From the NCBI GenBank assembly GCA_947631295.1, contig CANRKU010000001.1, positions 6,690 through 70,689 of the forward strand: 64,000 bases of DNA, written 5' to 3'. The DNA is from an uncultured Bacilli bacterium (GTDB lineage Bacteria; Bacillota_I; Bacilli_A; RF39; UBA660). The translations under genes and the position numbers were made by a program. The notes beneath the pieces were generated by a model that saw nothing but the letters and a program-made list of their open reading frames with translations, had not been told where the DNA came from and did not search any database. Below, one piece after another: positions 50,732 to 61,052 of this stretch (positions within the stretch are counted from its first letter, which is position 1; each line of letters starts with the position of its first letter).

Positions 50732-51421
50732 ATGATTAGTATATTATTATTTGTTGGAAAAATTATGTGTAGGGTAAATACTTTATTTTATGTAGGGGCT
50801 ACTGATATATTACCACCACCTCTTACAAAGGATGAAGAAGAATATTATTTAATGATGTCAGCAGATGGAGATTTATTTGCACGTGATAAGTTAATTGAAC
50901 ACAATTTAAGATTAGTTGTTTTTCTTGCTAAAAAATATGAAAATACTAGAGTGGATTTGGAAGATTTAGTCAGTATTGGTACGATTGGATTAATTAAAGG
51001 AATTAAAACTTTTTCTAAAGATAAAAATATTAAATTGGCTACTTATGCATCACGTTGTATTGATAATGAGATTTTGATGTATTTAAGAAAAAATAAAAAA
51101 GTCAGAACGGAAGTTAGTATCGATGAATCTTTAAGCTTTGATCCAGAAGGAAATGAATTGAAACTAGAAGATATTTTAGGAACGGATCCAGATATTGTAA
51201 CTAAAAATTTAGAACATGAAACTGAAAAGAATTTAGTGATGGACGAAATTAATAAATTAAATTCTCGTGATAGAGAAATTATTATTTTAAGATATGGATT
51301 AATGGGACATAAGGAAATGACGCAAAAAGATGTTGCAGATATGTTAGGAATTAGTCAATCATATATATCCAGAATTGAAAAAAAAGTAATAAAAAGACTT
51401 AGAAATTTAGTAAGATGCTAG
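50732..51421 (+). CDS. sigE: RNA polymerase sporulation sigma factor E (pro-sigma-E)
   Basis: Has a pro-sequence, region 2 (DLVSIGTIGLIKGIKTF) and a region 4 HTH (TQKDVADMLGISQSYISRIEK). The ATG follows a GGAGGA RBS. Confidence 0.9.
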   Translation: MISILLFVGKIMCRVNTLFYVGATDILPPPLTKDEEEYYLMMSADGDLFARDKLIEHNLRLVVFLAKKYENTRVDLEDLVSIGTIGLIKGIKTFSKDKNIKLATYASRCIDNEILMYLRKNKKVRTEVSIDESLSFDPEGNELKLEDILGTDPDIVTKNLEHETEKNLVMDEINKLNSRDREIIILRYGLMGHKEMTQKDVADMLGISQSYISRIEKKVIKRLRNLVRC

Positions 51422-51444
51422 AATGAATTTTTCTAGTTTTTTTT
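51418..51444 (+). terminator. rho-independent terminator immediately after sigE
   Basis: The hairpin CTAGAA-tgaattt-TTCTAG overlaps the stop codon and is followed by T8. Confidence 0.6.
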
Positions 51445-51645
51445 ATTATGGGATATGAATGAAGAATCTGTTTTTTTCTTTTCCTTTGATGTTATTTATT
51501 TCATCAATCTTTTTTATAGATAGTATGGATAGTATGATAATGATGACTAAATTCTTATATTTTTAATTTTAGGAATTGTAAATTATTGTAAATTATTGTA
51601 TAATTCTATCATAATGGCTCTATAATTAGAAAGAGGTAATTTATT

Positions 51646-53268
51646 ATGGAAAAAGTTTATATATTCGGACATCAGAAACCAGATACAGATTCTATCACTA
51701 GTGCAATTAATTTATCTTATTTGAAAAATCAACTAGGGATAAATGCTGTACCGGTAAGACTTGGTGAAATAAATGATGAAACAAAGTTTGTTTTAAAATA
51801 TTTTGGGGTTCATGTTCCTATGTTAATCGAAGATGTAAAACTTCAAATTAAAGATTTAAATTATCATCAGGATTATTATGTAAATCAAAATATTTCTATT
51901 GGAGAAGCCTATCATTATATGACAGAGAAGGGAATTACTGGTATACCTGTTGTAGATGATAATAAAAAATTTGTAGGTTTGGTTACTGTTAAAACTATTT
52001 TTAAAGATTTAATTAGTGGTGATTTCAGGAAATTATATACTTCTTATGATAATATTATGCATACATTAGAAGGTGAACAAGTTTTAAAGTTTGATGATGA
52101 GATTATTGGAAATATCATGGCAGCTACTTATCGTAGTACTACTATTATTAATAATATTCGATTAGAAAAAGATGATATTTTAATTATTGGAGATCGTCAT
52201 AGTGTTATAGAATATGCTGTTCTTTCTCACGTAAAATTATTAATTGTTGTAGGAAATGGTGAAATTAAAGAAGAGCATTTAGAAATGGCAAAGAAAAATC
52301 ATGTTAATATTATCCGCACAAAGTTTGATGCTTTTCATACTACCAAGTTAATTGGTTTTGCTAATTATTTAAAAAACGTTATTCCTACGGATCGTCCTTA
52401 TACTTTTGATGAGAATACTTATTATGATGACTTTTTAGTGAAAACAGGGAAGTTAAAACATAATAACTATCCTATTATTGGTAAAAATGATATATGTAAG
52501 GGATTGATTCGTATTACAGAAATTACAGAACAGGATAAGCGTCGTAAAAAAGTAATATTAGTTGATCATAATGAATTTGAACAAAGTGCTGATGGCTTAG
52601 AAGAAGCGGAAGTTATTGAAATTGTCGATCATCACAAGATAGGAAATATTTCTACTAAAAATCCAATTAATTTTAGAAATATGTCTGTAGGGTGTACGAA
52701 TACCATTATTTATTTAATGTATAAAGAAAATAAAATAGAAATACCTAAACAAAATAAAGGGTTAATGCTAGCTGGAATTTTATCAGATACTTTAGCATTA
52801 ACTAGTCCTACTACCACAGAGTTAGATATTCAAGTAGTTAAACAACTTGCTCAAGATTTAGAAATTAATTATCATCAGTTTGCTTTAGATATGTTTAAAG
52901 AAGGAACTTCGTTAAAAGGGAAAAGTATTGAAGAAATTGTATGTGCAGATATGAAAGAGTTTTCAAAAGAAGATCTTAGTTTTGCCGTTAGTCAAGTCTT
53001 TACTTTGGATATTGATACTATTTTATCTAGAAAAGAGGAATATATTCAATATATTAATCGAATTGCTCATGATAGAAATTATCGTATTCTGTTATTAGTG
53101 ATTACCGATATTATTCGTAATGGTAGTTATTTACTTTATACGGATAATGCTAGTGAAATTATAGGGGATGCTTTTGAAATAGAAAATTTACAGCAAGGTA
53201 CTTATATTGATGGTGTTGTTTCTAGAAAAAAACAAGTTGTTCCAGCTGTTATGGATGTTATTCGCTAA
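51646..53268 (+). CDS. ppaC: manganese-dependent inorganic pyrophosphatase with inserted CBS domains (family II, DHH-DHHA2, CBS-PPase)
   Basis: DHH motif (IFGHQKPDTDSI), a CBS pair in the middle and a DHHA2 C-terminus. 540 aa. Confidence 0.85.
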   Translation: MEKVYIFGHQKPDTDSITSAINLSYLKNQLGINAVPVRLGEINDETKFVLKYFGVHVPMLIEDVKLQIKDLNYHQDYYVNQNISIGEAYHYMTEKGITGIPVVDDNKKFVGLVTVKTIFKDLISGDFRKLYTSYDNIMHTLEGEQVLKFDDEIIGNIMAATYRSTTIINNIRLEKDDILIIGDRHSVIEYAVLSHVKLLIVVGNGEIKEEHLEMAKKNHVNIIRTKFDAFHTTKLIGFANYLKNVIPTDRPYTFDENTYYDDFLVKTGKLKHNNYPIIGKNDICKGLIRITEITEQDKRRKKVILVDHNEFEQSADGLEEAEVIEIVDHHKIGNISTKNPINFRNMSVGCTNTIIYLMYKENKIEIPKQNKGLMLAGILSDTLALTSPTTTELDIQVVKQLAQDLEINYHQFALDMFKEGTSLKGKSIEEIVCADMKEFSKEDLSFAVSQVFTLDIDTILSRKEEYIQYINRIAHDRNYRILLLVITDIIRNGSYLLYTDNASEIIGDAFEIENLQQGTYIDGVVSRKKQVVPAVMDVIR

Positions 53269-53368
53269 GAAAAGAGAACTTTTCTTTTTTCTTTATAATT
53301 ATAAAAAATGTTTAATATAATGGAATAAATGTGATATAATGCTACTAGATTATTAAAAAGGAGAGTAT

Positions 53369-54235
53369 ATGAAAAATGTTGTTTTAATCGTTAAAGGATT
53401 TATTATGGGAATTGCTAACATTATTCCTGGTGTTAGTGGTGGAACATTAGCTTTAACTTTAGGAATTTATGAAAGGTTTATTAGTGCCATTAGTCATTTT
53501 TTCTCTAATTTTAAGGATAATATTCGATTTCTCATTCCTGTTTTTTTAGGTATGGGTTTATCTATTTTAACAATGAGTCAAGTAGTATCTTATTGCTTTA
53601 CTTATTATCCTATTCCCACTACTTTATTTTTTATGGGATTAGTTATTGGGGGAATTCCAATGCTTATTAGTAAAGTGAAAAATACAAAGGAAATGAAAGA
53701 AATTTCTAGCTATACTATTATGTTTGTGACTTTTAGTTTTGTTATAATTTTAGCATTTTCTAAAGAAATATTTGGTGGTACTTTTGGTAGTGCTAAATTA
53801 GATAATTTAAGTGTATTTGGCTATTTATGGTTATCTGTTATTGGAATGATTGCTGCTGCTACAATGGTTATTCCTGGTGTGAGTGGTTCTTTGGTACTTA
53901 TGTTGCTAGGATATTATTTACCTATTATTAATATTGTAAAAGAGTTAACTCATTTTGAAAATATTTTTCCAAATATTTTTATTGCTTTATTTTTTGGAGT
54001 AGGTGTAGTAATTGGGATTATACTTGTTGCCAAATTGATTGAATGGTTACTTGCTAAATATGAAAAGAAAACTTTTTTTGGTGTAATAGGTTTTATTATT
54101 GCTAGTATTTTAGCAATTCCTGTTTCTGTTTTTCATGAAATAGGTATTATTACTTTTTCTTTACCACAGGTAATAATAGGTATTGTGTTTTTAGTATTAG
54201 GTATAGCAATTGGCTATAAGTTAGGAGAGAAATAA
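53369..54235 (+). CDS. DUF368-family membrane protein (PopT-like, candidate undecaprenyl-phosphate translocase)
   Basis: Has two IPGVSG(G/S) repeats typical of DUF368 and about 8 TM helices. It is adjacent to, and co-directional with, uppP. Confidence 0.75.
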   Translation: MKNVVLIVKGFIMGIANIIPGVSGGTLALTLGIYERFISAISHFFSNFKDNIRFLIPVFLGMGLSILTMSQVVSYCFTYYPIPTTLFFMGLVIGGIPMLISKVKNTKEMKEISSYTIMFVTFSFVIILAFSKEIFGGTFGSAKLDNLSVFGYLWLSVIGMIAAATMVIPGVSGSLVLMLLGYYLPIINIVKELTHFENIFPNIFIALFFGVGVVIGIILVAKLIEWLLAKYEKKTFFGVIGFIIASILAIPVSVFHEIGIITFSLPQVIIGIVFLVLGIAIGYKLGEK

Positions 54236-54236
54236 A

Positions 54237-55052
54237 ATGGATATTGGAGTTATTATTTTAGCAATTATTCAAGGAATTGCAGAATTTTTACCTATTTCTT
54301 CTAGTGCACATTTGATTATATTTAGAGATTTATTTGGAATTGGGATTCATAGTGTGAGTGGTGATTTAGCTCTTGCTTTTGATATTGCTCTTCATTTTGG
54401 AACTTTGCTTGCGATAGCAATTTACTTTTTTAAAGATTTTTGGAATATGGTATTAGCAGGTGTTACAAAAGGTGTTAAAACTAAAGAAGGTAAACTTTTT
54501 TGGTATATTGTAGTAGCTACCATTCCAGCAGCTATTGCGGGTGTTTTATTTGAAGATGTTATTGAAGATGCTATTAGAAATAATTTTTGTTTAATTGGTA
54601 GTGCTTTAATTATTATGGGTATTATTATTTATTTAGTAGATAAATATTCTAAGCAAAATAAAGACTTTTCTAAAATGACTTTTAAAGATGCTATTTTAAT
54701 TGGTTGTAGTCAAGTATTTGCTTTAATTCCAGGATTTAGTAGAAGTGGAACAACTATTGCTGCTGCGAGGGGTTTAAATTTAGAACGTGAGGATGCTGCT
54801 AAGTTTTCTTTCTACTTATCTGCACCAGTTGTTTTAGGTGCTGTAGTATTATCAATTTTTGATGTGGAAACACTTACTGCTATTACTAGTCATCTTAGTA
54901 TTTTTATTGTTGGAATAGGAGTTGCTTTTATTTCAGGCTTGTTATGTATTGAATTCTTACTTCGTTATATTAAAAAGCATGATTTTAAATTGTTTATGTG
55001 GTATCGTGTTTTACTTGGAATTATTGTGATTGTTTATACTTTAATAAAATAG
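54237..55052 (+). CDS. uppP: undecaprenyl-diphosphate phosphatase UppP/BacA
   Basis: Contains the motifs AEFLPISSSAHL and PGFSRSG. 271 aa. Confidence 0.9.
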   Translation: MDIGVIILAIIQGIAEFLPISSSAHLIIFRDLFGIGIHSVSGDLALAFDIALHFGTLLAIAIYFFKDFWNMVLAGVTKGVKTKEGKLFWYIVVATIPAAIAGVLFEDVIEDAIRNNFCLIGSALIIMGIIIYLVDKYSKQNKDFSKMTFKDAILIGCSQVFALIPGFSRSGTTIAAARGLNLEREDAAKFSFYLSAPVVLGAVVLSIFDVETLTAITSHLSIFIVGIGVAFISGLLCIEFLLRYIKKHDFKLFMWYRVLLGIIVIVYTLIK

Positions 55053-55061
55053 GAGAATAAG

Positions 55062-55811
55062 ATGGGATTATTATTTACATTTCTTTTAGGAATTTTTATT
55101 ATATTGGGATCAGTTATTGTTTTTCTATCTAAAAATAATGATCGATTTGTTCAATTTTCAATTAGTTTGGCTTTTGGTGTTATGGCCATGCTAATTATTG
55201 TTGATTTGTTTCCAGAAGTGTATGAATTGATTGATAGTGGCAATTTGATTTATAATTTTTTATATATTGTAATTGGATCTACCATTGGTTTTTTAATTTT
55301 AAAAATATTGGATTGTTTTATACCAGATCATGAAGATGATTATTCTACTCAAAAAGATGATGAAAGAAATTTCAAACATATTGGATTGGTTTCTAGTATT
55401 GCTTTAGTTATTCATAATATTGTAGAAGGAATTGCTATTTATTTATTAATTACATCAGATTTTAAGGCTGGGGTTTTAGCTTGTATAGGAGTAGGGCTTC
55501 ATAATATTCCTCTTGGAATGGTGATTGCTTCTACTTTTTATAAAGCAACTCAAAATAGAAAAAAGACAATTTTAATTATTTTAGGTATTTCTCTTTCTAC
55601 TTTTGTTGGTGGATTGTTTGTTTATTTCTTCCATTTATCTAATATGATTGACTTGTTAGAAAGTGTTTCTTTAACTTTAACAGTTGGAATGTTAATTTAT
55701 ATTTTGATAATGGAGTTATTTCCTAAAATCATCCATACAGATGATAAAAAAATAACATATGGAGGTATTTTTTTAGGAATCTTATTATTAGCGATTACTT
55801 TGTTTCTATAA
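55062..55811 (+). CDS. ZIP-family metal cation transporter (ZupT-like)
   Basis: The metal-binding helices carry HNIVEGIAI and GLHNIPLGM. Confidence 0.8.
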   Translation: MGLLFTFLLGIFIILGSVIVFLSKNNDRFVQFSISLAFGVMAMLIIVDLFPEVYELIDSGNLIYNFLYIVIGSTIGFLILKILDCFIPDHEDDYSTQKDDERNFKHIGLVSSIALVIHNIVEGIAIYLLITSDFKAGVLACIGVGLHNIPLGMVIASTFYKATQNRKKTILIILGISLSTFVGGLFVYFFHLSNMIDLLESVSLTLTVGMLIYILIMELFPKIIHTDDKKITYGGIFLGILLLAITLFL

Positions 55812-56018
55812 TTGAAAATAGCTTGGCATTTTTTATAGAAAATTTGTAGAAATAGTTATTACAAAATAATTAAGATAGTAACTGTTTTATGATTGGAAAT
55901 AAAATAAGGTATTTAAGTAAAATAATTAGCATTTACATTTGAAATTAAAATAATTTTTTAAATACTATTAAAATAATATTTTTTTTGTTATAATATTTTT
56001 TGGAAAGTATGTGTTAAA

Positions 56019-57827
56019 ATGAAACAGGAAAATATTCGCAATTTTTGTATTATTGCTCATATCGATCATGGAAAAAGCACATTAGCTGATAGACTATTAG
56101 AAGAAACAGGTACTTTAGAAAAAAGGGAATTAGTAGAACAAACTTTAGATTCTCTAGATATTGAAAGAGAAAGAGGTATTACCATTAAATTAAATGCTGT
56201 CCAACTTTCTTATCAATATCAAAATAAAGATTATATTCTTCATTTGATAGATACACCAGGGCATGTGGATTTTTCATATGAAGTGAGCCGTAGTTTAGCT
56301 GCTTGTGAAGGTGCTCTATTAGTTGTGGATGCTGCTCAAGGAATTGAAGCTCAAACTTTAGCAAATTTATATTTAGCCCTTGAGCATGATTTAACGATTA
56401 TTCCTGTTATTAATAAGATTGATTTGCCAAATGCTAATCCAGAATTAGTAAAGCAAGAATTAATAAATACAGTTGGTTTTTCTTCCGATGAATTTATTTA
56501 TACAAGTGCGAAAACTGGGGAAGGAATTCAAGAGTTACTAAGTGCTATTATTCAGAGAATACCACCTCCTAAAGGGGATCAACAAAATCCTTTACAAGCA
56601 TTAATTTTTGATAGTTTTTTTGATCCATATCGTGGTGTTATTATTTTATGTCGTATTGTGGAAGGCACTTTAAAGACAGGTGATACCATTCGTTTAATGG
56701 AAACAGGAGCTACTTATGATGTCGTTGAAGTTGGGGTGATGACACCGAAGGAAATTAAAAAAGATTTTTTAATTGCTGGAGAAGTTGGATTTATTGCTGC
56801 TAGTATTAAAGATATTTCTCAGATTAAAGTAGGGGATACGGTAACTACTCAAAATCGTCCAGCCTTACAACCTTTACCTGGATATCAACCAATGAAATCT
56901 ATGGTATTTTGTGGAATTTATCCAATTGAAGAAAATAAATTTGATGATTTAAGAGATGCCTTAGAAAAATTAAAGTTAAATGATGCTTCTCTTGTTTTTG
57001 AACCAGAGACTTCTCAAGCACTGGGATTTGGTTTTCGATGTGGCTTTTTAGGACTTTTACATATGGAGATTATTGAAGAACGTGTAGAACGTGAATTTGG
57101 AATTGAAATTATTGCTACTTCTCCTAGTGTTATTTATGAAGTAGAATTAACAGATAAAAGTATTATTATGGTTGATTCACCAAGTTTACTTCCAGACCGA
57201 CAAAAAATTGCTAGTATTAAAGAACCCTATATAAAAACAAATATCTTTTCACCTAGTGAATATATTGGTCCTATTTTGGAGTTATGTCAGAGTAAGAGAG
57301 GTACTTATATTAATATGGATTACATAGATAAGACAAGAGTAAATATTCATTATGAAATGCCTCTTTCTGAGATTGTATATGATTTTTTTGATAAGTTAAA
57401 ATCCTATACCAAAGGATATGCGTCATTTGATTATGAATTGATTGGATATAAAGAAAGTAATTTAGTTAAGATGGATATTTTGTTAAATGGTGTTATAGTT
57501 GATGCTTTAAGTATTATTATACATAAAGATTTTGTATATAATAGGGGAAAGAAAATTGTCGAGGCTTTAAAGGAATTGATTCCTAGGCAGATGTTTGAAG
57601 TACCTATTCAAGCTTCTGTTGGAAATCATGTTGTAGCCCGTACTGATATTAAAGCATTACGAAAAAATGTTCTTGCCAAGTGCTATGGCGGAGATATTAC
57701 TAGAAAGAGAAAATTATTAGAAAAACAAAAAGAAGGCAAAAAAAGAATGAAACAAGTTGGTAGAGTAGAAGTACCACAAGAAGCATTCTTAGCCGTATTA
57801 AAAATGGAGGATACATATGGAAAATAG
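56019..57827 (+). CDS. lepA: elongation factor 4 (LepA)
   Basis: Has a GTPase domain ([10 protein letters not shown]; DTPGHVDF; NKID) and a LepA C-terminal domain. 602 aa. Confidence 0.97.
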   Translation: MKQENIRNFCIIAHIDHGKSTLADRLLEETGTLEKRELVEQTLDSLDIERERGITIKLNAVQLSYQYQNKDYILHLIDTPGHVDFSYEVSRSLAACEGALLVVDAAQGIEAQTLANLYLALEHDLTIIPVINKIDLPNANPELVKQELINTVGFSSDEFIYTSAKTGEGIQELLSAIIQRIPPPKGDQQNPLQALIFDSFFDPYRGVIILCRIVEGTLKTGDTIRLMETGATYDVVEVGVMTPKEIKKDFLIAGEVGFIAASIKDISQIKVGDTVTTQNRPALQPLPGYQPMKSMVFCGIYPIEENKFDDLRDALEKLKLNDASLVFEPETSQALGFGFRCGFLGLLHMEIIEERVEREFGIEIIATSPSVIYEVELTDKSIIMVDSPSLLPDRQKIASIKEPYIKTNIFSPSEYIGPILELCQSKRGTYINMDYIDKTRVNIHYEMPLSEIVYDFFDKLKSYTKGYASFDYELIGYKESNLVKMDILLNGVIVDALSIIIHKDFVYNRGKKIVEALKELIPRQMFEVPIQASVGNHVVARTDIKALRKNVLAKCYGGDITRKRKLLEKQKEGKKRMKQVGRVEVPQEAFLAVLKMEDTYGK

Positions 57828-58596
57828 AGAATTTCAAATTTTAAGTGAGGAAGAGATTCAAGAATTATTACAAGAAATAGAACAAATGCAAAAAGAAGAA
57901 CAAAGAATTCAAGAGGAAGCGCAAAAATTGCAGGAAGAAGAACAAGATGTGAATTCTAGAAAAAGAAGACTTTTAAGTGAGGAAGAGATTCAAGAATTAT
58001 TACAAGAAATAGAACAAATGCAAAAAGAAGAACAAAGAATCCAAGAAGAAGAACAGAATTTAAAACTTCAGCAATTAAAACTTTTTGGAAAATCTCCTAA
58101 TGAAATTAGAAAAATACCTGTTTTACATGATAGGAATGCTGAGTTAGCAAAGTTTGAATTATTAAATCAATTATATGTACTACCACTTTTTGAATATGCT
58201 AAAAGAGTAAGTGGCAATCCCAAATTAAGTTTTAAAGATTCAGATGAATTATCCATTTATCATAGATGTCAAATTTTGCAACAATACATTAAACAAAAAG
58301 CAGCAGAAAAAGGAAAGAAGTTTACTGAAATAGACCTTCATAGATTGATTCCTACTACTGAAAAGGATATAGATTATTTAGTTAGAGCCAAAAGGATTGG
58401 TTTTGATTTAGGACTAGAAAAACAGGAATATTTAGAGAATAATGTTCGTGTCTTTCTTGCTAGACAACGATTAAAAGAAAAAAATATGTTACCTGAAGAA
58501 AAATTTGCTAATCAAAATTTTCAATTTAAACAAAGAACATTGAATCAATCATCAGAACAATCAAGTAATGGTTCGCATTATGGAAGAAGAAAATAA
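57817..58596 (+). CDS. hypothetical Glu/Gln-rich protein with two perfect 26-aa repeats (259 aa), inserted between lepA and hemW
   Basis: GGAGGA RBS lies inside the lepA 3' end. The 78-nt repeats at 57841..57918 and 57973..58050 differ by 1 nt. Confidence 0.6.
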   Translation: MENREFQILSEEEIQELLQEIEQMQKEEQRIQEEAQKLQEEEQDVNSRKRRLLSEEEIQELLQEIEQMQKEEQRIQEEEQNLKLQQLKLFGKSPNEIRKIPVLHDRNAELAKFELLNQLYVLPLFEYAKRVSGNPKLSFKDSDELSIYHRCQILQQYIKQKAAEKGKKFTEIDLHRLIPTTEKDIDYLVRAKRIGFDLGLEKQEYLENNVRVFLARQRLKEKNMLPEEKFANQNFQFKQRTLNQSSEQSSNGSHYGRRK

Positions 58597-59677
58597 AATA
58601 AGCTCTGTTTATATTCATATACCATTTTGTAGTAGTATTTGCAGTTACTGTGATTTTTGTAAGTTTTATTATCAAGATATTTTAGTTGAGAAATATCTTG
58701 ATATTTTATTACAAGAAATTCAAGAGAAATATTGCCATGACCTTATTGATACACTATATATTGGTGGTGGTACACCATCTTGTTTGTCTCCAACAATGCT
58801 CAATAAATTATTGCAAGGTTTAAAAATATTAAATGTTAGTCCTTCTTTAGAGTTTACAATTGAATGCAATGTTTTAGATTTAACAGAAGAAAAAATGATT
58901 CTTTTTCAAAAGTATGGCGTCAATCGTCTTAGTATTGGTATTCAATCCTTTCAACCTCGTATTCTGTCTTTTTTGGGTAGAAATTATAATACTAAAATAA
59001 TTAGAGAAAAAATTAATTTAGCTAAACGATATTTTACTAATATTAATATTGATTTGATTTATGCTGTTCCTAATGAGACAATTAAAATGCTGGAAAGTGA
59101 TTTGGAATTTTTTTTATCTTTAGGTGTTCCTCATATTTCTACTTATTCTTTGATGATTGAACCTAATACCAAGCTATTTATTCAGAAGGTAAGACCTATT
59201 AATCCAGAATTAGATCAGAAAATGTATCGTATTATCGAGAATAAATTAAAAGCAAATCATTATATTCATTATGAAATTAGTAATTATGCATTACCAGGCT
59301 ATTGTTCTAAGCATAATTTAACGTATTGGAAAAATGAACATTACTATGGATTTGGATTAAGTGCTAGTGGATATATTGGAAATTATCGATATACTAATAC
59401 TAAAAATATTAAAAAATATTTATCTGGAAACTATATCGATGAGCAAGAATTTATCACTTCTAGTCTTTCTGCTTCTAATTGTGCTATTTTGGGACTTCGT
59501 ACTATTTATGGAGTACATAAGGAGAATTTTTTAAAACAGTTTGGAATGGATTTTATAGAATATTTTGCAGTTCAATCACTTTTGGATGATCATATCTTGT
59601 TAGAAACGGATACAAATTATTATTTAAATCCTAAATATTGGTATCTTTCTAACGAAGTTTTGATAAAGTTTATTTAA
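58580..59677 (+). CDS. hemW: radical SAM heme chaperone HemW (oxygen-independent coproporphyrinogen-III oxidase-like)
   Basis: CxxxCxxC (CSSICSYC) near the N-terminus and a HemN_C domain. lepA-hemW synteny. The start is ambiguous (58568 or 58580). Confidence 0.85.
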   Translation: MEEENKISSVYIHIPFCSSICSYCDFCKFYYQDILVEKYLDILLQEIQEKYCHDLIDTLYIGGGTPSCLSPTMLNKLLQGLKILNVSPSLEFTIECNVLDLTEEKMILFQKYGVNRLSIGIQSFQPRILSFLGRNYNTKIIREKINLAKRYFTNINIDLIYAVPNETIKMLESDLEFFLSLGVPHISTYSLMIEPNTKLFIQKVRPINPELDQKMYRIIENKLKANHYIHYEISNYALPGYCSKHNLTYWKNEHYYGFGLSASGYIGNYRYTNTKNIKKYLSGNYIDEQEFITSSLSASNCAILGLRTIYGVHKENFLKQFGMDFIEYFAVQSLLDDHILLETDTNYYLNPKYWYLSNEVLIKFI

Positions 59678-59745
59678 TTTAATTGTCAAACAATTGTTCT
59701 TGTTGTATAATAATATTGATAGGATGTTAGAGGTGTAGAATAAAT

Positions 59746-60339
59746 ATGATAGAGCAGATAAATAAATTAGATTGTTTTAAAAAAGAATTTGAATATATTA
59801 AAAATGTAGATTATCTTGAAGATTTAAAAATATTAGTAGAGTGCCTTCCAGATTATTTTTTTGAAATAGCAGCTTCTTCTACCTCAAAGTATCATCCGGC
59901 TTTTTCATTAGGAGTAGGAGGTTTATTACGCCATACTAAAGTAGCGGTTAGAATTGCTTATGAGCTACTTTCTGATTCTTGTATTGGTGATAAATATACC
60001 TCTCGTGAAAAAGATTTGATGTTGATAGCTTTAATTATGCATGATGGAGTAAAATGTGGAATTCCTAAAGAAGAATATACTAGAGCGGATCATCCTTTAT
60101 TAGCTAGTAAGCTTATTTATGAAAATAAAGATAAATTGAAAATGAATGATGAAGATGTTTCTTTTTTATGTAGAGTGATTCAAACACATATGGGTCCATG
60201 GAATAAGCATCCATATACTAAAGAAGAAATTTTACCAATTCCTAAAGATAAATTTCAAAATTTTGTTCATTTATGTGATTATATAGCAAGTAGAAAATTT
60301 TTAGATGTTCAATTTGAGGATAATGATATTGTATATTAG
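59746..60339 (+). CDS. HD-domain phosphohydrolase
   Basis: Carries the HD motif (H..L..ALIMHDGVK). Confidence 0.6.
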   Translation: MIEQINKLDCFKKEFEYIKNVDYLEDLKILVECLPDYFFEIAASSTSKYHPAFSLGVGGLLRHTKVAVRIAYELLSDSCIGDKYTSREKDLMLIALIMHDGVKCGIPKEEYTRADHPLLASKLIYENKDKLKMNDEDVSFLCRVIQTHMGPWNKHPYTKEEILPIPKDKFQNFVHLCDYIASRKFLDVQFEDNDIVY

Positions 60340-60348
60340 GTGATAAAA

Positions 60349-61023
60349 ATGGAGAAGGGCAAACTAATCGTTATTGAAGGAACAGATGGTTCTGGTAAAA
60401 ATACGCAAAGTAAATTATTAGTGAAAAAATTGAATGCTATGGGGATAAAAGCAATTACTTTTTCTTTTCCTATGTATGATACTCCTACTGGAAAAATTGT
60501 AGGGGGTCCATTGTTGGGAAGAAAAGAAAATGGGGATTCTTTTTTTCCAGAGGGACCTGTTCAATTAGATCCTAAGATTTTTTGTTTATATTTAGCAGCA
60601 GATAGAAAATATAATTTTTCACAAATAGATGCTTATTTAAAAGATGGCTATTATGTTATTTTAGATCGTTATGTTAGCTCGAATATGGCTCATCAAGGCT
60701 CTAAAATAGAAAATGCAGAGGAAAGATTTAATTTATTTAAATGGATTGATAAATTAGAATATTGGTTATTGGATCTTCCTAAAGCTGATTTAACGATTTT
60801 TTTACATGTTCCTTATGCTTTGAACAAAGAACTTTTAAAAAATAGACCTTTTTTAGATGCAAATGAAAAAAATGAAACTCATTTAAAAAATGCAGAGAAA
60901 ACCTATATAGAGCTATCTAGTCTATATAATTGGAGTGTAATTGATTGCGCAGAAGGAAATCATTTAAGGAGTATTGAAGAAATTAATCAAGATATTTTGA
61001 AAATAGTAATGCAAAAAAAATAA
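60349..61023 (+). CDS. tmk: thymidylate kinase
   Basis: P-loop IEGTDGSGKNTQ, a DRY-like motif (LDRYVSSNMAHQ) and a lid region. The ATG follows an AGGTGA RBS. Confidence 0.8.
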   Translation: MEKGKLIVIEGTDGSGKNTQSKLLVKKLNAMGIKAITFSFPMYDTPTGKIVGGPLLGRKENGDSFFPEGPVQLDPKIFCLYLAADRKYNFSQIDAYLKDGYYVILDRYVSSNMAHQGSKIENAEERFNLFKWIDKLEYWLLDLPKADLTIFLHVPYALNKELLKNRPFLDANEKNETHLKNAEKTYIELSSLYNWSVIDCAEGNHLRSIEEINQDILKIVMQKK

Positions 61024-61052
61024 AAGTACTTTACATAATATAAAGTACTTTT
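61022..61052. terminator. bidirectional terminator between tmk and convergent pilus ATPase gene
   Basis: An inverted repeat (AAAGTACTTTA..TAAAGTACTTT) is flanked by A and T runs. Confidence 0.55.

Noticed and set aside
51575-51600. Tandem 10-mer (gtaaattatt x2.5) upstream of ppaC
   Set aside because: Too short and low-complexity to be meaningful. Likely a chance duplication in an AT-rich promoter region.
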